Below are positions 1 to 8,687 of a stretch of 31,386 nucleotides of DNA, one piece after another (position 1 is the first letter of the stretch; every line of letters begins with the position of its first letter). The notes under the pieces were generated by a model, which was not told the DNA's origin, did no database searches, and was given only the letters and a program-made list of their open reading frames with translations. A program made the position numbers and the translations under genes. The DNA is from a virus (Duplodnaviria; Heunggongvirae; Uroviricota; Caudoviricetes): IMG/VR virus record IMGVR_UViG_2713896900_000011, one strand, 5' to 3'.

Positions 1-219
1 TCACATCCACATAATTTGCTGCCCTGACGGCAACGGGTGCGGCCTTACGGCGTGGACTTCTCCCGGCTTCACGATGTATCGCTGTACCGACTCATAAGTG
101 ATGAACGTGGCGCTGCAATTCACGTTCTGACACTGGTGATAACGCTCTTTTGTCGTGTCAGTGATATAGCGGCTTGTACGCGCATGTGCGGCATTCTGGC
201 ATAAAGGACAATGAAACAT
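1..219 (-). CDS. ogr: Late transcription activator Ogr (C4 zinc-finger, 72 aa)
   Basis: Translation from the ATG at 217-219 gives MFHCPLCQ...CQNVNC...QQIMWM, which I recognise as near-identical to P2 Ogr with its four-Cys zinc finger. The ORF track's 93-aa version (1..282) adds an upstream extension that I do not think is translated. Confidence 0.9.
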   Translation of the reverse strand: MFHCPLCQNAAHARTSRYITDTTKERYHQCQNVNCSATFITYESVQRYIVKPGEVHAVRPHPLPSGQQIMWM

Positions 220-300
220 CGCGAGCACCTCTTCCGGTTTTGTTGATGTTGCCATTTTAGTTAATTTACCCTTATAAAACAAATAGATAAATAAAACACA

Positions 301-1464
301 TCACTCTTCATCTTCTGTTTCATACTCCACATCAGAAAGCCTGACCTCAAGCTCTAAGGACGTCGTGAAGCCGCTATTATTCAGAAAATGTGTCACCTTA
401 GTGATTGTCCAGTCCTGCTCGTCTATGACGCGCTTAAAGCCTGACACTCTGACCGGCGTTTCCGTGTAAATATCAGCCCGACCAGTGGCAAGGCTGATGG
501 AGAACTCCGCAACGCCCCGTTGCAGTTTGTCCCACTTCGCCTGAGCGGCGCGCATTGCCTGCGCTTTCGTGGCATATACCGTGGTCAGGGCAAAAACGTT
601 GTCAGCCCCACCGACCATGTATTCACCTTCGCGCGCTTCCGGTACTTTTGGTGCTTTCTTCTGCGTGACCGGTTTCGCTTTCGGGTGCTCCAGTGCGCGC
701 AGGTGTTTCTCTTTCTTTTTGCGTTTCAGTTTTACCTTCTGCTTTTGCGGCTTCGGGTCTTTGGTGTGTAACCACTTTGCCGTTACGCCGGTATAGGCTC
801 CACGGTCAGCAATCGCAAAATGATGACGGTCGCCGTCGCTGCGGGTGATGGTAATCTGCGGGATTTTTTTACCGCTGGACGTCACCCCCTGCCCCGCTTT
901 GAGAAACAACAGTTTTCCCATTTTTACCGACACCTCACCGCCGTTGCGTTCAGCAAGGCGGGTCAGGAATTTCGCATCAGACTCCTGCGACTGGTCGATG
1001 TGCGGGATTTTAATTCCGGCCAGTGACGGAGCAACACTGGCTTCCAGCCTGTTACGGGAGGCTATCGCCTCAACAATCGCACCGAGCGTGGTGTCATGCC
1101 AGGAGCCTTCCCGGCGGGAATTGAGCGTCCCGCGAAAATCTGCACTCCGGGCGCGGATGGTAACCACATCCGGTGCGCCCCGGTGTTCAACCTCATCAAC
1201 GGTGAATTTCCCTTTGCATACCAGGGCAAAACCTTTCCAGCCGATATACACCGTCAGGACAGCGCCACGAACCGGCAGCCCGACCTGCCCGTCGGCATCG
1301 TTCAGTTCAATATCAAGCTGGTCAGCCTCAAAGCCCCGGTTATCCGTCAGGGTCATGCTCATCAGACGGTCGCTGATATTGCCGGTAATATCCCTGCTGT
1401 CGAGCATCAGCATGTAATCCGGCGTCAGCGTACTGCCTGCATCAAATGTCAGCGCATCCAGCAT
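301..1464 (-). CDS. D: Tail protein D (387 aa)
   Basis: Size and position match P2 gpD (last gene of the FI-FII-E-T-U-D tail operon, next to ogr). Its start overlaps the U stop in an ATGA arrangement. Confidence 0.88.
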   Translation of the reverse strand: MLDALTFDAGSTLTPDYMLMLDSRDITGNISDRLMSMTLTDNRGFEADQLDIELNDADGQVGLPVRGAVLTVYIGWKGFALVCKGKFTVDEVEHRGAPDVVTIRARSADFRGTLNSRREGSWHDTTLGAIVEAIASRNRLEASVAPSLAGIKIPHIDQSQESDAKFLTRLAERNGGEVSVKMGKLLFLKAGQGVTSSGKKIPQITITRSDGDRHHFAIADRGAYTGVTAKWLHTKDPKPQKQKVKLKRKKKEKHLRALEHPKAKPVTQKKAPKVPEAREGEYMVGGADNVFALTTVYATKAQAMRAAQAKWDKLQRGVAEFSISLATGRADIYTETPVRVSGFKRVIDEQDWTITKVTHFLNNSGFTTSLELEVRLSDVEYETEDEE

Positions 1465-1943
1465 TATCCCGCCCCCGTCATACCCGTGAATTTAGTCGCC
1501 ATACTGCCAGCCTTACCGATGAGCGATTCTGCCTGTTTACCGATATCGCCATAAAGCGCGGCCAGTGATTCATCCACGCGGGTGAGCGACAGCGTAAAAT
1601 CAATTTTCCGGGGTGTGCCGTCTGCAAAGAAAATACTCCCTGTTTCACTCACACTGCTGATGACATACATGCCGTAAATCATGCCGGTGCCATCCAGCAA
1701 CGGCCACGCCCGGCCTTCCTCTGCCATCAGCCTGAGCGTGGTCATCGTCAGCTTCCCGCCGGTCAGTTCGGGATAAAGCACGCCGGCAAGCGTCATGTTT
1801 TCCTCACCCACACCGAGAAACTGGTAGGCATCCCGTTTACCGATACGGGAATTTGACGGCCAGCGATAATCTGATTCACGCTGCATGGTCTGGTGTGGCA
1901 GCGTCTGGCGCATAAAAACAAACATACCTAACGCGAGCATCAT
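1464..1943 (-). CDS. U: Tail protein U (159 aa)
   Basis: Size and synteny match P2 gpU, between the tape measure gene and D. Confidence 0.85.
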   Translation of the reverse strand: MMLALGMFVFMRQTLPHQTMQRESDYRWPSNSRIGKRDAYQFLGVGEENMTLAGVLYPELTGGKLTMTTLRLMAEEGRAWPLLDGTGMIYGMYVISSVSETGSIFFADGTPRKIDFTLSLTRVDESLAALYGDIGKQAESLIGKAGSMATKFTGMTGAG

Positions 1944-1957
1944 TTTTCGTCACCTCC

Positions 1958-4405
1958 TTAACCGTCATGCATCATGCTGGCACGGGCGCGCGCACGTTTA
2001 TCCCGCTCGTATTTTTCGAGCGCATCCTGTAACTGGCGGTCAAGCTGTGTCCCCGGCGCAGTACCACCCGTAAGGCTGATGTGATATTCGTTTTTACTCT
2101 GGTCCACATAAGAGCGACCAGCCGGTGCCGTGACCGGCTGATAAGCCTGATAGCCTGCATAAGAGCTGGTCGCCGGAATATAACCACTGCTGCCATACGT
2201 GGCGGCTTGAGTTCTGGCGGCGGTCTGGTCAAGTGTGTCTGACTCTTTGTTGATAACACCGAGTTTTTCCAGTACCCAGTCAATACCACTGCGCAGTTTG
2301 TTGAACGCATTAAGCGGCAGCATCAGCGCGTCAGCCAGTGCCTGCCCGAACATGACACCCGTGTCACGGCAACGGTTCAGGGTGTCCTGGGTGGCTTTAA
2401 CCGGGGCAGTCAGGTTTTTAAACCACTGCCACGCGGCCTGTAACTTTTCGCCCAGCCAGTCAAACACCGGCTTCAGTGGCGTGAACAGCTCCCCCACCGG
2501 CGCAAATGCCGCTTTCAGCCCTTCAACCACACCGCCAAAGAATGCGCTGACAGGCTCCCAGTATTTACGGATAAGCAACGCTCCGGCGACAATGGCGGCC
2601 ACCACGGCCACAACCGGCCAGCTAATCGCCCCGATGGCCGTCATAACGGCACTGCCAACCGTCGTGAAGATTGCCCCCATTGCGCCTGCTGCCGCTATGA
2701 TGGCATTGATGCCGGTGATAACCGGCCAGGCTACAAGACCAATGGCACCGATGATGCCAGTAAGCGCCAGTGCGCCACCGGCAATGATGCCGATGGTTGA
2801 CGCCAGTGATTTGTTTTTCTGTATCCAGCCGTCGAGTTTTAACACATACTTTGTGGCCGTCTGCGTGAGCTTACGCAGCGCGCCTTCCTGCTGGTCAAAC
2901 AGGTCAGTCCCCACCGCCTCATAAGCGGACTGAAACTCCTTAAAGTCACCGCCGAGGTTGTCCTGCATGATATTTACCAGCTCGGCGGTCTTCCCGTCTG
3001 AGGCTTTAAACGCAGCGGTCAGTTTGTCCAGCTTTGCGGTTGAGGCGGCAGTCATCAGCACGGCGGCGGCTGAGCTGGCCTCCTCCCCGAAAATGGTTTT
3101 CATGTATTCAGCCTGCTGGGCAGTACCGAGCCGGTTTTTCTCAAAACTGGCCTGCATTTCTTTCAGAATGGTAAATACTGGTCGGGTATTCCCCTTACTG
3201 TCTGAGGTTTTCACGCCAAGCTCTTTGAGTGCATCCCATGCTTTTCCCGTCGGTGCCTGCAGGCGACTTAACACGGCACGGCTTCCCGTCCCCGCCATTG
3301 AGCCTGTGATTTTTGCATCATGCAGCGCCCCGACCATTGCGGCGGTTTCTTCAATGCTGACACCGGCATTTTTTGCCACTGGTGCGGCATAGGTCAGCGC
3401 ATCGCTCATGCCGTCAAAATCGGCGGCGGTTTTGTTCATCGTCATGGAGAGAACATCCCCGATATGAGCGACCTTATCGTTTGAAAGCTGAAAGGCAGAT
3501 TTCATCCCCATCAGCAGAGCGGCGTTTTCTTCCATCGTGCGGCGGTTCGCCAGCGCCATATTCAGTGTGACCGGCGTTGCCGCCTGAATGGCATCAACAT
3601 CCCCACCGGCTTTCGCAATAATAATCTGCGCGCCGGCCGCATCATCCGCTGAGGCGGCGGTGTTGTCACCGAGCTGGCGCGCCTGCTTGCGTAGTGCAGC
3701 CATTTCGGCGGAGTCTTTTGCCACACCGAGCACAGCCTGCAATTCTGAGTTTTTCTGCGCAAACTCATAACCGGGCATCAGCAACTTAACTCCGGCCATC
3801 GTTCCCGCCGCCGCAATCCCCACACCGGCAGCGCCCACCGAGGCCATATTTCCGGCCAGCTCCTTTCCGGCCTGATAACGCTGTTTTACTGCGTTAAGTT
3901 TTGCCTGTTGTGCACTGACACGCGCCAGCGCGTCACGCTGACGGTTAAGCTGTGCGGTGGTTTCACTGATACGGTTTTTCAGTCCCTGCTCATCATGTGC
4001 AAGATTGCGGGTATTAATTCCCACAGCGGCCAGTTCCCGCTGCTGGCGTTTAACGGAATCCGTCAGGCGGTTATATTTCGCCTGTAAGTCCTCCGCCGCT
4101 CGCTTTGCTGATTCCAGCACTTTCGCCTGAGCACGTGTCGGACGTTCGGTGTTTTTAAACTGTGTGGCAAGGGCTTCGGCCTCCTGCCGTGCCTTTTCAA
4201 GTGCATGACCAGTCACGGCGAGCTGTGCACTGGTCTTGCGAAATCCCTCAATACGGGATGCCTGACCGTTCAGCTCGCGCAGTGATTTTTGTGTTTCCCG
4301 GATATCCCCCGACAGCGATTTGCTCGCTGTACGGATGGATTTAAACGGGCGGGATGCCTGGTCAACAGCCCTGAGCAATACCTGTAATTTTACATTGTTA
4401 CTCAT
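1958..4405 (-). CDS. T: Tail tape measure protein T (815 aa)
   Basis: An 815-aa protein with long coiled-coil-like Ala/Gln/Arg-rich stretches and a central hydrophobic Gly/Ala-rich segment, placed right after E/E'. This is the expected tape measure position and size for P2. Confidence 0.9.
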   Translation of the reverse strand: MSNNVKLQVLLRAVDQASRPFKSIRTASKSLSGDIRETQKSLRELNGQASRIEGFRKTSAQLAVTGHALEKARQEAEALATQFKNTERPTRAQAKVLESAKRAAEDLQAKYNRLTDSVKRQQRELAAVGINTRNLAHDEQGLKNRISETTAQLNRQRDALARVSAQQAKLNAVKQRYQAGKELAGNMASVGAAGVGIAAAGTMAGVKLLMPGYEFAQKNSELQAVLGVAKDSAEMAALRKQARQLGDNTAASADDAAGAQIIIAKAGGDVDAIQAATPVTLNMALANRRTMEENAALLMGMKSAFQLSNDKVAHIGDVLSMTMNKTAADFDGMSDALTYAAPVAKNAGVSIEETAAMVGALHDAKITGSMAGTGSRAVLSRLQAPTGKAWDALKELGVKTSDSKGNTRPVFTILKEMQASFEKNRLGTAQQAEYMKTIFGEEASSAAAVLMTAASTAKLDKLTAAFKASDGKTAELVNIMQDNLGGDFKEFQSAYEAVGTDLFDQQEGALRKLTQTATKYVLKLDGWIQKNKSLASTIGIIAGGALALTGIIGAIGLVAWPVITGINAIIAAAGAMGAIFTTVGSAVMTAIGAISWPVVAVVAAIVAGALLIRKYWEPVSAFFGGVVEGLKAAFAPVGELFTPLKPVFDWLGEKLQAAWQWFKNLTAPVKATQDTLNRCRDTGVMFGQALADALMLPLNAFNKLRSGIDWVLEKLGVINKESDTLDQTAARTQAATYGSSGYIPATSSYAGYQAYQPVTAPAGRSYVDQSKNEYHISLTGGTAPGTQLDRQLQDALEKYERDKRARARASMMHDG

Positions 4406-4825
4406 TCGTGTTTCCGCTTCGCCGGAGCGCCTTTTCGCGCCATGTGATGAGTTCGGTCAGGCTCATGGGATACAGTTCTGATGGCGGCCAGTGAAATATC
4501 ACTGCCACATCCGCCATCAGGTCATCGACCGAGAGATTTTTCGGGAACGTCACTGCACCGAGTTCGGCGACAAAAAACCGACCACCTTACCGGCCAGCGC
4601 CACAAGGTCAGGCAGTTCCAGCGCGGCGACTTCCTGCTCGGTCAGCATCGGTGCCGTCATGCGCGGCAGCACTTTAATCAGTGCATCGACTTCGGAGTTT
4701 GCAACCGCAGCCAGACTGACACCGCGCAGCGTCCCGGCACTGGGTTTCATCAGCGTGACCTGTTCGATAACCTGCTCACCACGTTTGACCGGATTGTCCA
4801 GGGTAATGACATTTTCTTTGTTCAT
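4398..4825 (-). CDS. E': Tail assembly chaperone E+E' (about 141 aa), made by a programmed -1 ribosomal frameshift
   Basis: The slippery heptamer T-TTT-TTG sits at 4571-4577 (minus strand, codons G-F-L of E). Hand translation of the -1 frame from there reads VAELGAVTFPKNLSVDDLMADVAVIFHWPPSELYPMSLTELITWREKALRRSGNTNE and ends at a TAA at 4398-4400, overlapping the T start. The length agrees with P2 E+E' (142 aa). Confidence 0.75.
4550..4825 (-). CDS. E: Tail assembly chaperone E (91 aa, in-frame product)
   Basis: A 91-aa ORF ending ...VGFLSPNSVQ, in the P2 gpE position between FII and T. Confidence 0.85.
   Translation of the reverse strand: MNKENVITLDNPVKRGEQVIEQVTLMKPSAGTLRGVSLAAVANSEVDALIKVLPRMTAPMLTEQEVAALELPDLVALAGKVVGFLSPNSVQ
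4571..4577 (-). other. -1 frameshift slippery site (TTTTTTG)
   Basis: Read directly: the minus strand gives GGT TTT TTG near the 3' end of E. Confidence 0.75.
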
Positions 4826-4881
4826 GGTTTTCTCACTTCTGAATCGGGGTTAACCGGTCAGCCAGGCTGACCGGATGAAAA

Positions 4882-5400
4882 TCACAGGCCGATATTGCGG
4901 CGGTGTTGCTCCAGCCGGTCGACGCCGTTCACCTTCTCAATCATGTTGATGGTGTCGATTTCGACCAGCTCCTTACCGTCCATCGTCAGCCGGAAATAGG
5001 TGCAGACCACGGAGATTTTCGACTCGGTGTCTTCTCCCTGTTTACCCTCGCCAGTGTCGATTTCTTTCTGACGTCCACGCATGACCACCTCGACGGCCAC
5101 CGTTTCGCCGGTATCGTCGCGCTGGTAAGAGCCTGCAAAACGAATCGGTACGGCATCCACACCGGTTGCGGCGTAAAGCTCCCAGATAACCGAATCCGGG
5201 AAGCCACCGAGCGACCACTCCATTGACAGCGCATCGTCATCAAGGCCGAGGTCTACCGGTGCGCTGCCGTTCATCCCCGCACCGCGATAGTTTTCGAGCT
5301 TACGGGTCAGTTTTGGCAGCGTGACGGACTTTGCAACGCCCTGATAGCTGTAGCCGTTCAGAAAGACGTTCATTAACTTGAGTTTGCGCGGCATTGCCAT
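4882..5400 (-). CDS. FII: Tail tube protein FII (172 aa)
   Basis: Size and synteny match P2 gpFII, immediately downstream of the sheath gene. Confidence 0.88.
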   Translation of the reverse strand: MAMPRKLKLMNVFLNGYSYQGVAKSVTLPKLTRKLENYRGAGMNGSAPVDLGLDDDALSMEWSLGGFPDSVIWELYAATGVDAVPIRFAGSYQRDDTGETVAVEVVMRGRQKEIDTGEGKQGEDTESKISVVCTYFRLTMDGKELVEIDTINMIEKVNGVDRLEQHRRNIGL

Positions 5401-5412
5401 CGGTCAGGCTCC

Positions 5413-6603
5413 TTAATTGCTGTTAACCGAGGTAACCAGACTTGCCAGGTATCTGGAAGTAATACGCTGGCGCAGGGTCAGGTTTTCGAGAGGAGGCACC
5501 GGGGTATAGTCGTAGTCGATATACAGTTTTCCGGCCTTGAGGGTTTCCGCATCATTGGCTTCTTCACTGAACCAGCATGTGCCATCCACGATATAACCGT
5601 TGTTTTTCAGTTCGCGGAATTTGGCATTAATGCCATCAATGATGTCACGAATCAGCGTTGCGGTAATTGGCTTATCAATAGCCCACATGTGCGCCTCGGC
5701 CATCGTGTCGGCCAGTACCTGCGCGGTGCGGGTGTAGCTTTCAAAGAGGAACAGCGGGTCATCAGAGCAGGTACGGTTACCCCAGAAGCGGAAGCCGTCG
5801 CGGCGAATCAGCGTAGTGATGCCTGACTCGTTAAGCAGGTCAGCATCAGTGCCGGACTTCTGCAAATCCCAGAATACAGAGGCGCTGATGCCGGTAACAC
5901 CATTTACCCCGACGTTGGACAGCGTTTTATGCCAGCCCTGCTCCTGGTCGATTTTGGCACGCAGCCCCAGCGCACGGGCGGTGGCATACGCGGTGGCAGT
6001 GGTACTGGTAACCGTATCCCATGCGAGGAAATCCGGCCAGATGACCATCAGCTCACGCTGGCTGAAATTCTGACGGTAGGCTTTTGCCTCGGAAATGGTT
6101 TTACAGCCCCATGCGCTAATATACCCGAATGCATTCAGTTCCTGGCATACCGATGCCAGTGCGACGGCAACCTCTTTGGTGTCCAGTCCCGGTACGCCGA
6201 GAATGCGTGGTTTAACGCCGGTAACCGACTCAGCCCCCATCAGGGCTTTCAGTCCGGTGTACTGACCGTTTTCGTCGGTGGTGCCGATGATATTGGAAAC
6301 GGTCTGCGCGAGTTTCGTTTCCTCGTCGTCGCCGGTGCCGTCTTCCACACGCACGACAACGGTGACCGGTTTTGACTGGTCGGCGATGGCCTGCAACGAT
6401 GCCGCCAGCGTGCCTTTTTTACCGGCCTTTGCAATTGCGCTCTGCACATTGGTTATCAGCACAGGTTTATTGAGGGGGAAGGTTTCCGCATCCGCATCGC
6501 TGGCCGTGCAGACCATGCCGACAATGGCAGTGGATACGGTGGAAATGACGCGGGTGCCGTCGTTAATCTCCAGCACCTGCACGCCGTGATGATAGTCACT
6601 CAT
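5413..6603 (-). CDS. FI: Contractile tail sheath protein FI (396 aa)
   Basis: Size and synteny match P2 gpFI, the first gene of the tail operon. Confidence 0.9.
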   Translation of the reverse strand: MSDYHHGVQVLEINDGTRVISTVSTAIVGMVCTASDADAETFPLNKPVLITNVQSAIAKAGKKGTLAASLQAIADQSKPVTVVVRVEDGTGDDEETKLAQTVSNIIGTTDENGQYTGLKALMGAESVTGVKPRILGVPGLDTKEVAVALASVCQELNAFGYISAWGCKTISEAKAYRQNFSQRELMVIWPDFLAWDTVTSTTATAYATARALGLRAKIDQEQGWHKTLSNVGVNGVTGISASVFWDLQKSGTDADLLNESGITTLIRRDGFRFWGNRTCSDDPLFLFESYTRTAQVLADTMAEAHMWAIDKPITATLIRDIIDGINAKFRELKNNGYIVDGTCWFSEEANDAETLKAGKLYIDYDYTPVPPLENLTLRQRITSRYLASLVTSVNSN

Positions 6604-6902
6604 CCGTTTAACTCCGTGGTTAATGGGTGCAACTATTTTCTGTTGTGCAGAGCATGAGACGCTATTTGACCTGACTGGTCAGTGGATGAAACAACAGATA
6701 AAGAAAAGGCGGACAATTCGCCCGCTATCCTGATTTGTACTCACTCATTTTCCAACTGACAGTTTACATAGCCCAAACGCTATCAAATCTGACAGCCTGC
6801 TTTGAGCGAACAGCAGACATTCATTAATATGTTTGTTAGGCTAACTTTATATGATGATTACTGAAATTGACCTTAGTTTGAGAATTGCATTAGGGGAATA
6901 AA
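6604..6902. promoter_or_regulatory. Divergent intergenic region: expected late promoter for the FI operon (- strand) and promoter/RBS of the cargo gene (+ strand)
   Basis: A 299-bp AT-rich non-coding gap between divergent genes. An AGGGGA Shine-Dalgarno lies about 7 nt before the ATG at 6903. A TGTTGT...ACAACA inverted repeat sits at 6641-6646 and 6691-6696. I could not place exact promoter elements. Confidence 0.4.
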
Positions 6903-8009
6903 ATGGATGTCAATGAACTTAGAGAGTTACTTATCAAGTATAATGGCCTTCAAAATACTGATGAAGTCTATACGTTTTATTATGATGAAACGAATAACAT
7001 TCGAAAACTATATTTAAAAGATTCTGGCTTTAATGTTGTAAAGGCGGATAACTTCATCCTTGCAGGAATACTACACAAAGGGTTAAGCACTGACAGCGAT
7101 TATTCAACCCTGTTTCAAAAGCTTAATCTTCAAAAAAGTGTCAATGAGTTAAAACTCAGATATATCGCTAAGGGTAGTTTTTTGGATATGCTTAAATCTG
7201 ATAAGCTTTTAATTATTCTAAACTGGCTTATCGAAAACAATTTCTACATCCATTATTTTAATCTTAATATCACATACTGGTCTATTATTGACATTGTTGA
7301 TTCTATTATTGGAGAGCTACACAATCCTTTTTATATCATGAACCACATGTCACTTAAGAGCGATTTTTATGAGCTTGCCAATAGCAATCCCGATGTTTTC
7401 CTGAATGCTCTACATAAATTTAACTACCCCGATATTCCAGAAGAAAAAATTTATGAGTTTTGCCTCTGGCTTATCGATTTTACATGCATGCACAGTTGTA
7501 TGCTGCCAGATTTTCGAGCACACGCACTCGAAAATTTGGTTAAAGAATCTCTAAAAATCGAAGAACTACCGTTCATATCGGGATTTCATGGTCGAAAACT
7601 GATCGATAGCTTTATGGTATTTTATTTAAGAAACTTGTATCTATTTAAAAATTCCGTTCACATATTTGATGAAGAAAAAAGCATTCAAGATGAAGTTAAA
7701 AACTTCCCGTTAACTGAAAATGGCATACCAATACAGAATCATGAATTCGTTAAATCCCACAACTCAGAGGCTATCCAACTATCTGATGTTATCGCAGGCT
7801 TTTTGGGTAAGTATTTTTCTTACTTAAAAGATGTAAATGACGAGCAATTAGCGATTGATAAGTCAGCCTTAACGAGCAAGCAATTTAAGACCCTTTCTGC
7901 GTTAAAACACATTATTGATGTTTCTGATGATGTTAGCAGAGGATTTTTTAATGAAGTTAGCAGCGAGGGAGAGCGACGGAGAAATAATCGTTTTTTACAT
8001 GGCGTATAA
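6903..8009 (+). CDS. AT-rich cargo protein (368 aa) at the Z/fun-equivalent locus; DUF3800-like motifs; candidate anti-phage/abortive-infection protein
   Basis: A visibly low-GC gene on the opposite strand to the flanking late genes, with a strong SD. The N-terminal motif YTFYYDETNN and the C-terminal motif AIQLSDVIAGFL resemble the conserved DESG and QxADxxAG motifs I associate with DUF3800. The family assignment is from memory, not a search. Confidence 0.6.
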   Translation: MDVNELRELLIKYNGLQNTDEVYTFYYDETNNIRKLYLKDSGFNVVKADNFILAGILHKGLSTDSDYSTLFQKLNLQKSVNELKLRYIAKGSFLDMLKSDKLLIILNWLIENNFYIHYFNLNITYWSIIDIVDSIIGELHNPFYIMNHMSLKSDFYELANSNPDVFLNALHKFNYPDIPEEKIYEFCLWLIDFTCMHSCMLPDFRAHALENLVKESLKIEELPFISGFHGRKLIDSFMVFYLRNLYLFKNSVHIFDEEKSIQDEVKNFPLTENGIPIQNHEFVKSHNSEAIQLSDVIAGFLGKYFSYLKDVNDEQLAIDKSALTSKQFKTLSALKHIIDVSDDVSRGFFNEVSSEGERRRNNRFLHGV

Positions 8010-8108
8010 TCGTAAGGGGTAAATTCTGCTTTTGGCACAGGGCGAACTGTCAGATTGGTTTTCACTCTGTGCCATAGATGTATAAACTCACATCAGAGCT
8101 AATACGAT

Positions 8109-8687
8109 TTATTGCGGCATTTCTGGCCATTCTATATCCGGAGTATTTTCCGACTGAACGCGATTCAGTAGCACACGGTATTTTTTCCAGTGTGTCAGGC
8201 TTAACCTTTCTTCCTCGGTAGCCATATCTAAATCGACAGCATCCTGCAGCGTGGCAATAATTTCACCTGCATATGCAATCAGCTCTTTCTTCTGAGAGTC
8301 AGCCGCTCTGACAAGCGCATCACGCTCTGCATTCTCATCATTCACCCACGCATTTCCGTTCCATTTCTGATAATCCCCATCCGGGGAAATGGCTGTCACG
8401 TCTGGAGGTAATGCGCCAAGTTCAGAAATATAAATGGCTGCTCCTGTTTTTGTTTCATAGACAGTCTTTCCACGATGGTCTTCCACCAGATCCCATTTCA
8501 TTTCATCTGCATTGAAAACGGCGGCAAAACCCACCGGAATATCTGGAGGTGCAATGTCTGTACTGTTTGCTGGAAGACCTGTATGCGGCGGAATATATGC
8601 GTCACTTTCGCCAATAAATTCATTGGTTCCATCAAGTAAATTGAAAACGCGGATAGTTTGTGTCTCTGCACTCATTCTGAAAGTCAT
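8109..8687 (-). CDS. G: Tail fiber assembly protein G (192 aa)
   Basis: Immediately downstream of H, with its ATG overlapping the H stop by one nucleotide. Size and position are typical of P2 gpG/Tfa chaperones. The true start may be the internal MSAETQ. Confidence 0.8.
   Translation of the reverse strand: MTFRMSAETQTIRVFNLLDGTNEFIGESDAYIPPHTGLPANSTDIAPPDIPVGFAAVFNADEMKWDLVEDHRGKTVYETKTGAAIYISELGALPPDVTAISPDGDYQKWNGNAWVNDENAERDALVRAADSQKKELIAYAGEIIATLQDAVDLDMATEEERLSLTHWKKYRVLLNRVQSENTPDIEWPEMPQ

Noticed and set aside
220-282. The 21-codon N-terminal extension of the ogr ORF in the track (93 aa against 72 aa).
   Set aside because: Ogr is a 72-aa protein beginning MFHCPLCQ; the extension comes from an upstream in-frame start that is unlikely to be used.
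845-1417. Plus-strand ORFs of 60-230 aa lying inside minus-strand backbone genes (for example 845..1417, 2235..2924, 2958..3392, 10410..11012, 15723..16169, 16461..17060, 17706..18296), and minus-strand ORFs inside P and Q (19398..20108, 20622..21071, 21527..21985).
   Set aside because: They lie antisense to, or out of frame within, well-supported P2 structural genes in GC-rich DNA, where long spurious ORFs are expected. None has a recognisable product or a sensible start context.
8033-8074. An inverted repeat TGGCACAG...CTGTGCCA between the convergent cargo gene and G, considered as a terminator.
   Set aside because: The stem is only 8 bp with a ~26-nt loop and has no U-tract on either strand, too weak to call an intrinsic terminator, although termination must occur somewhere in this gap.
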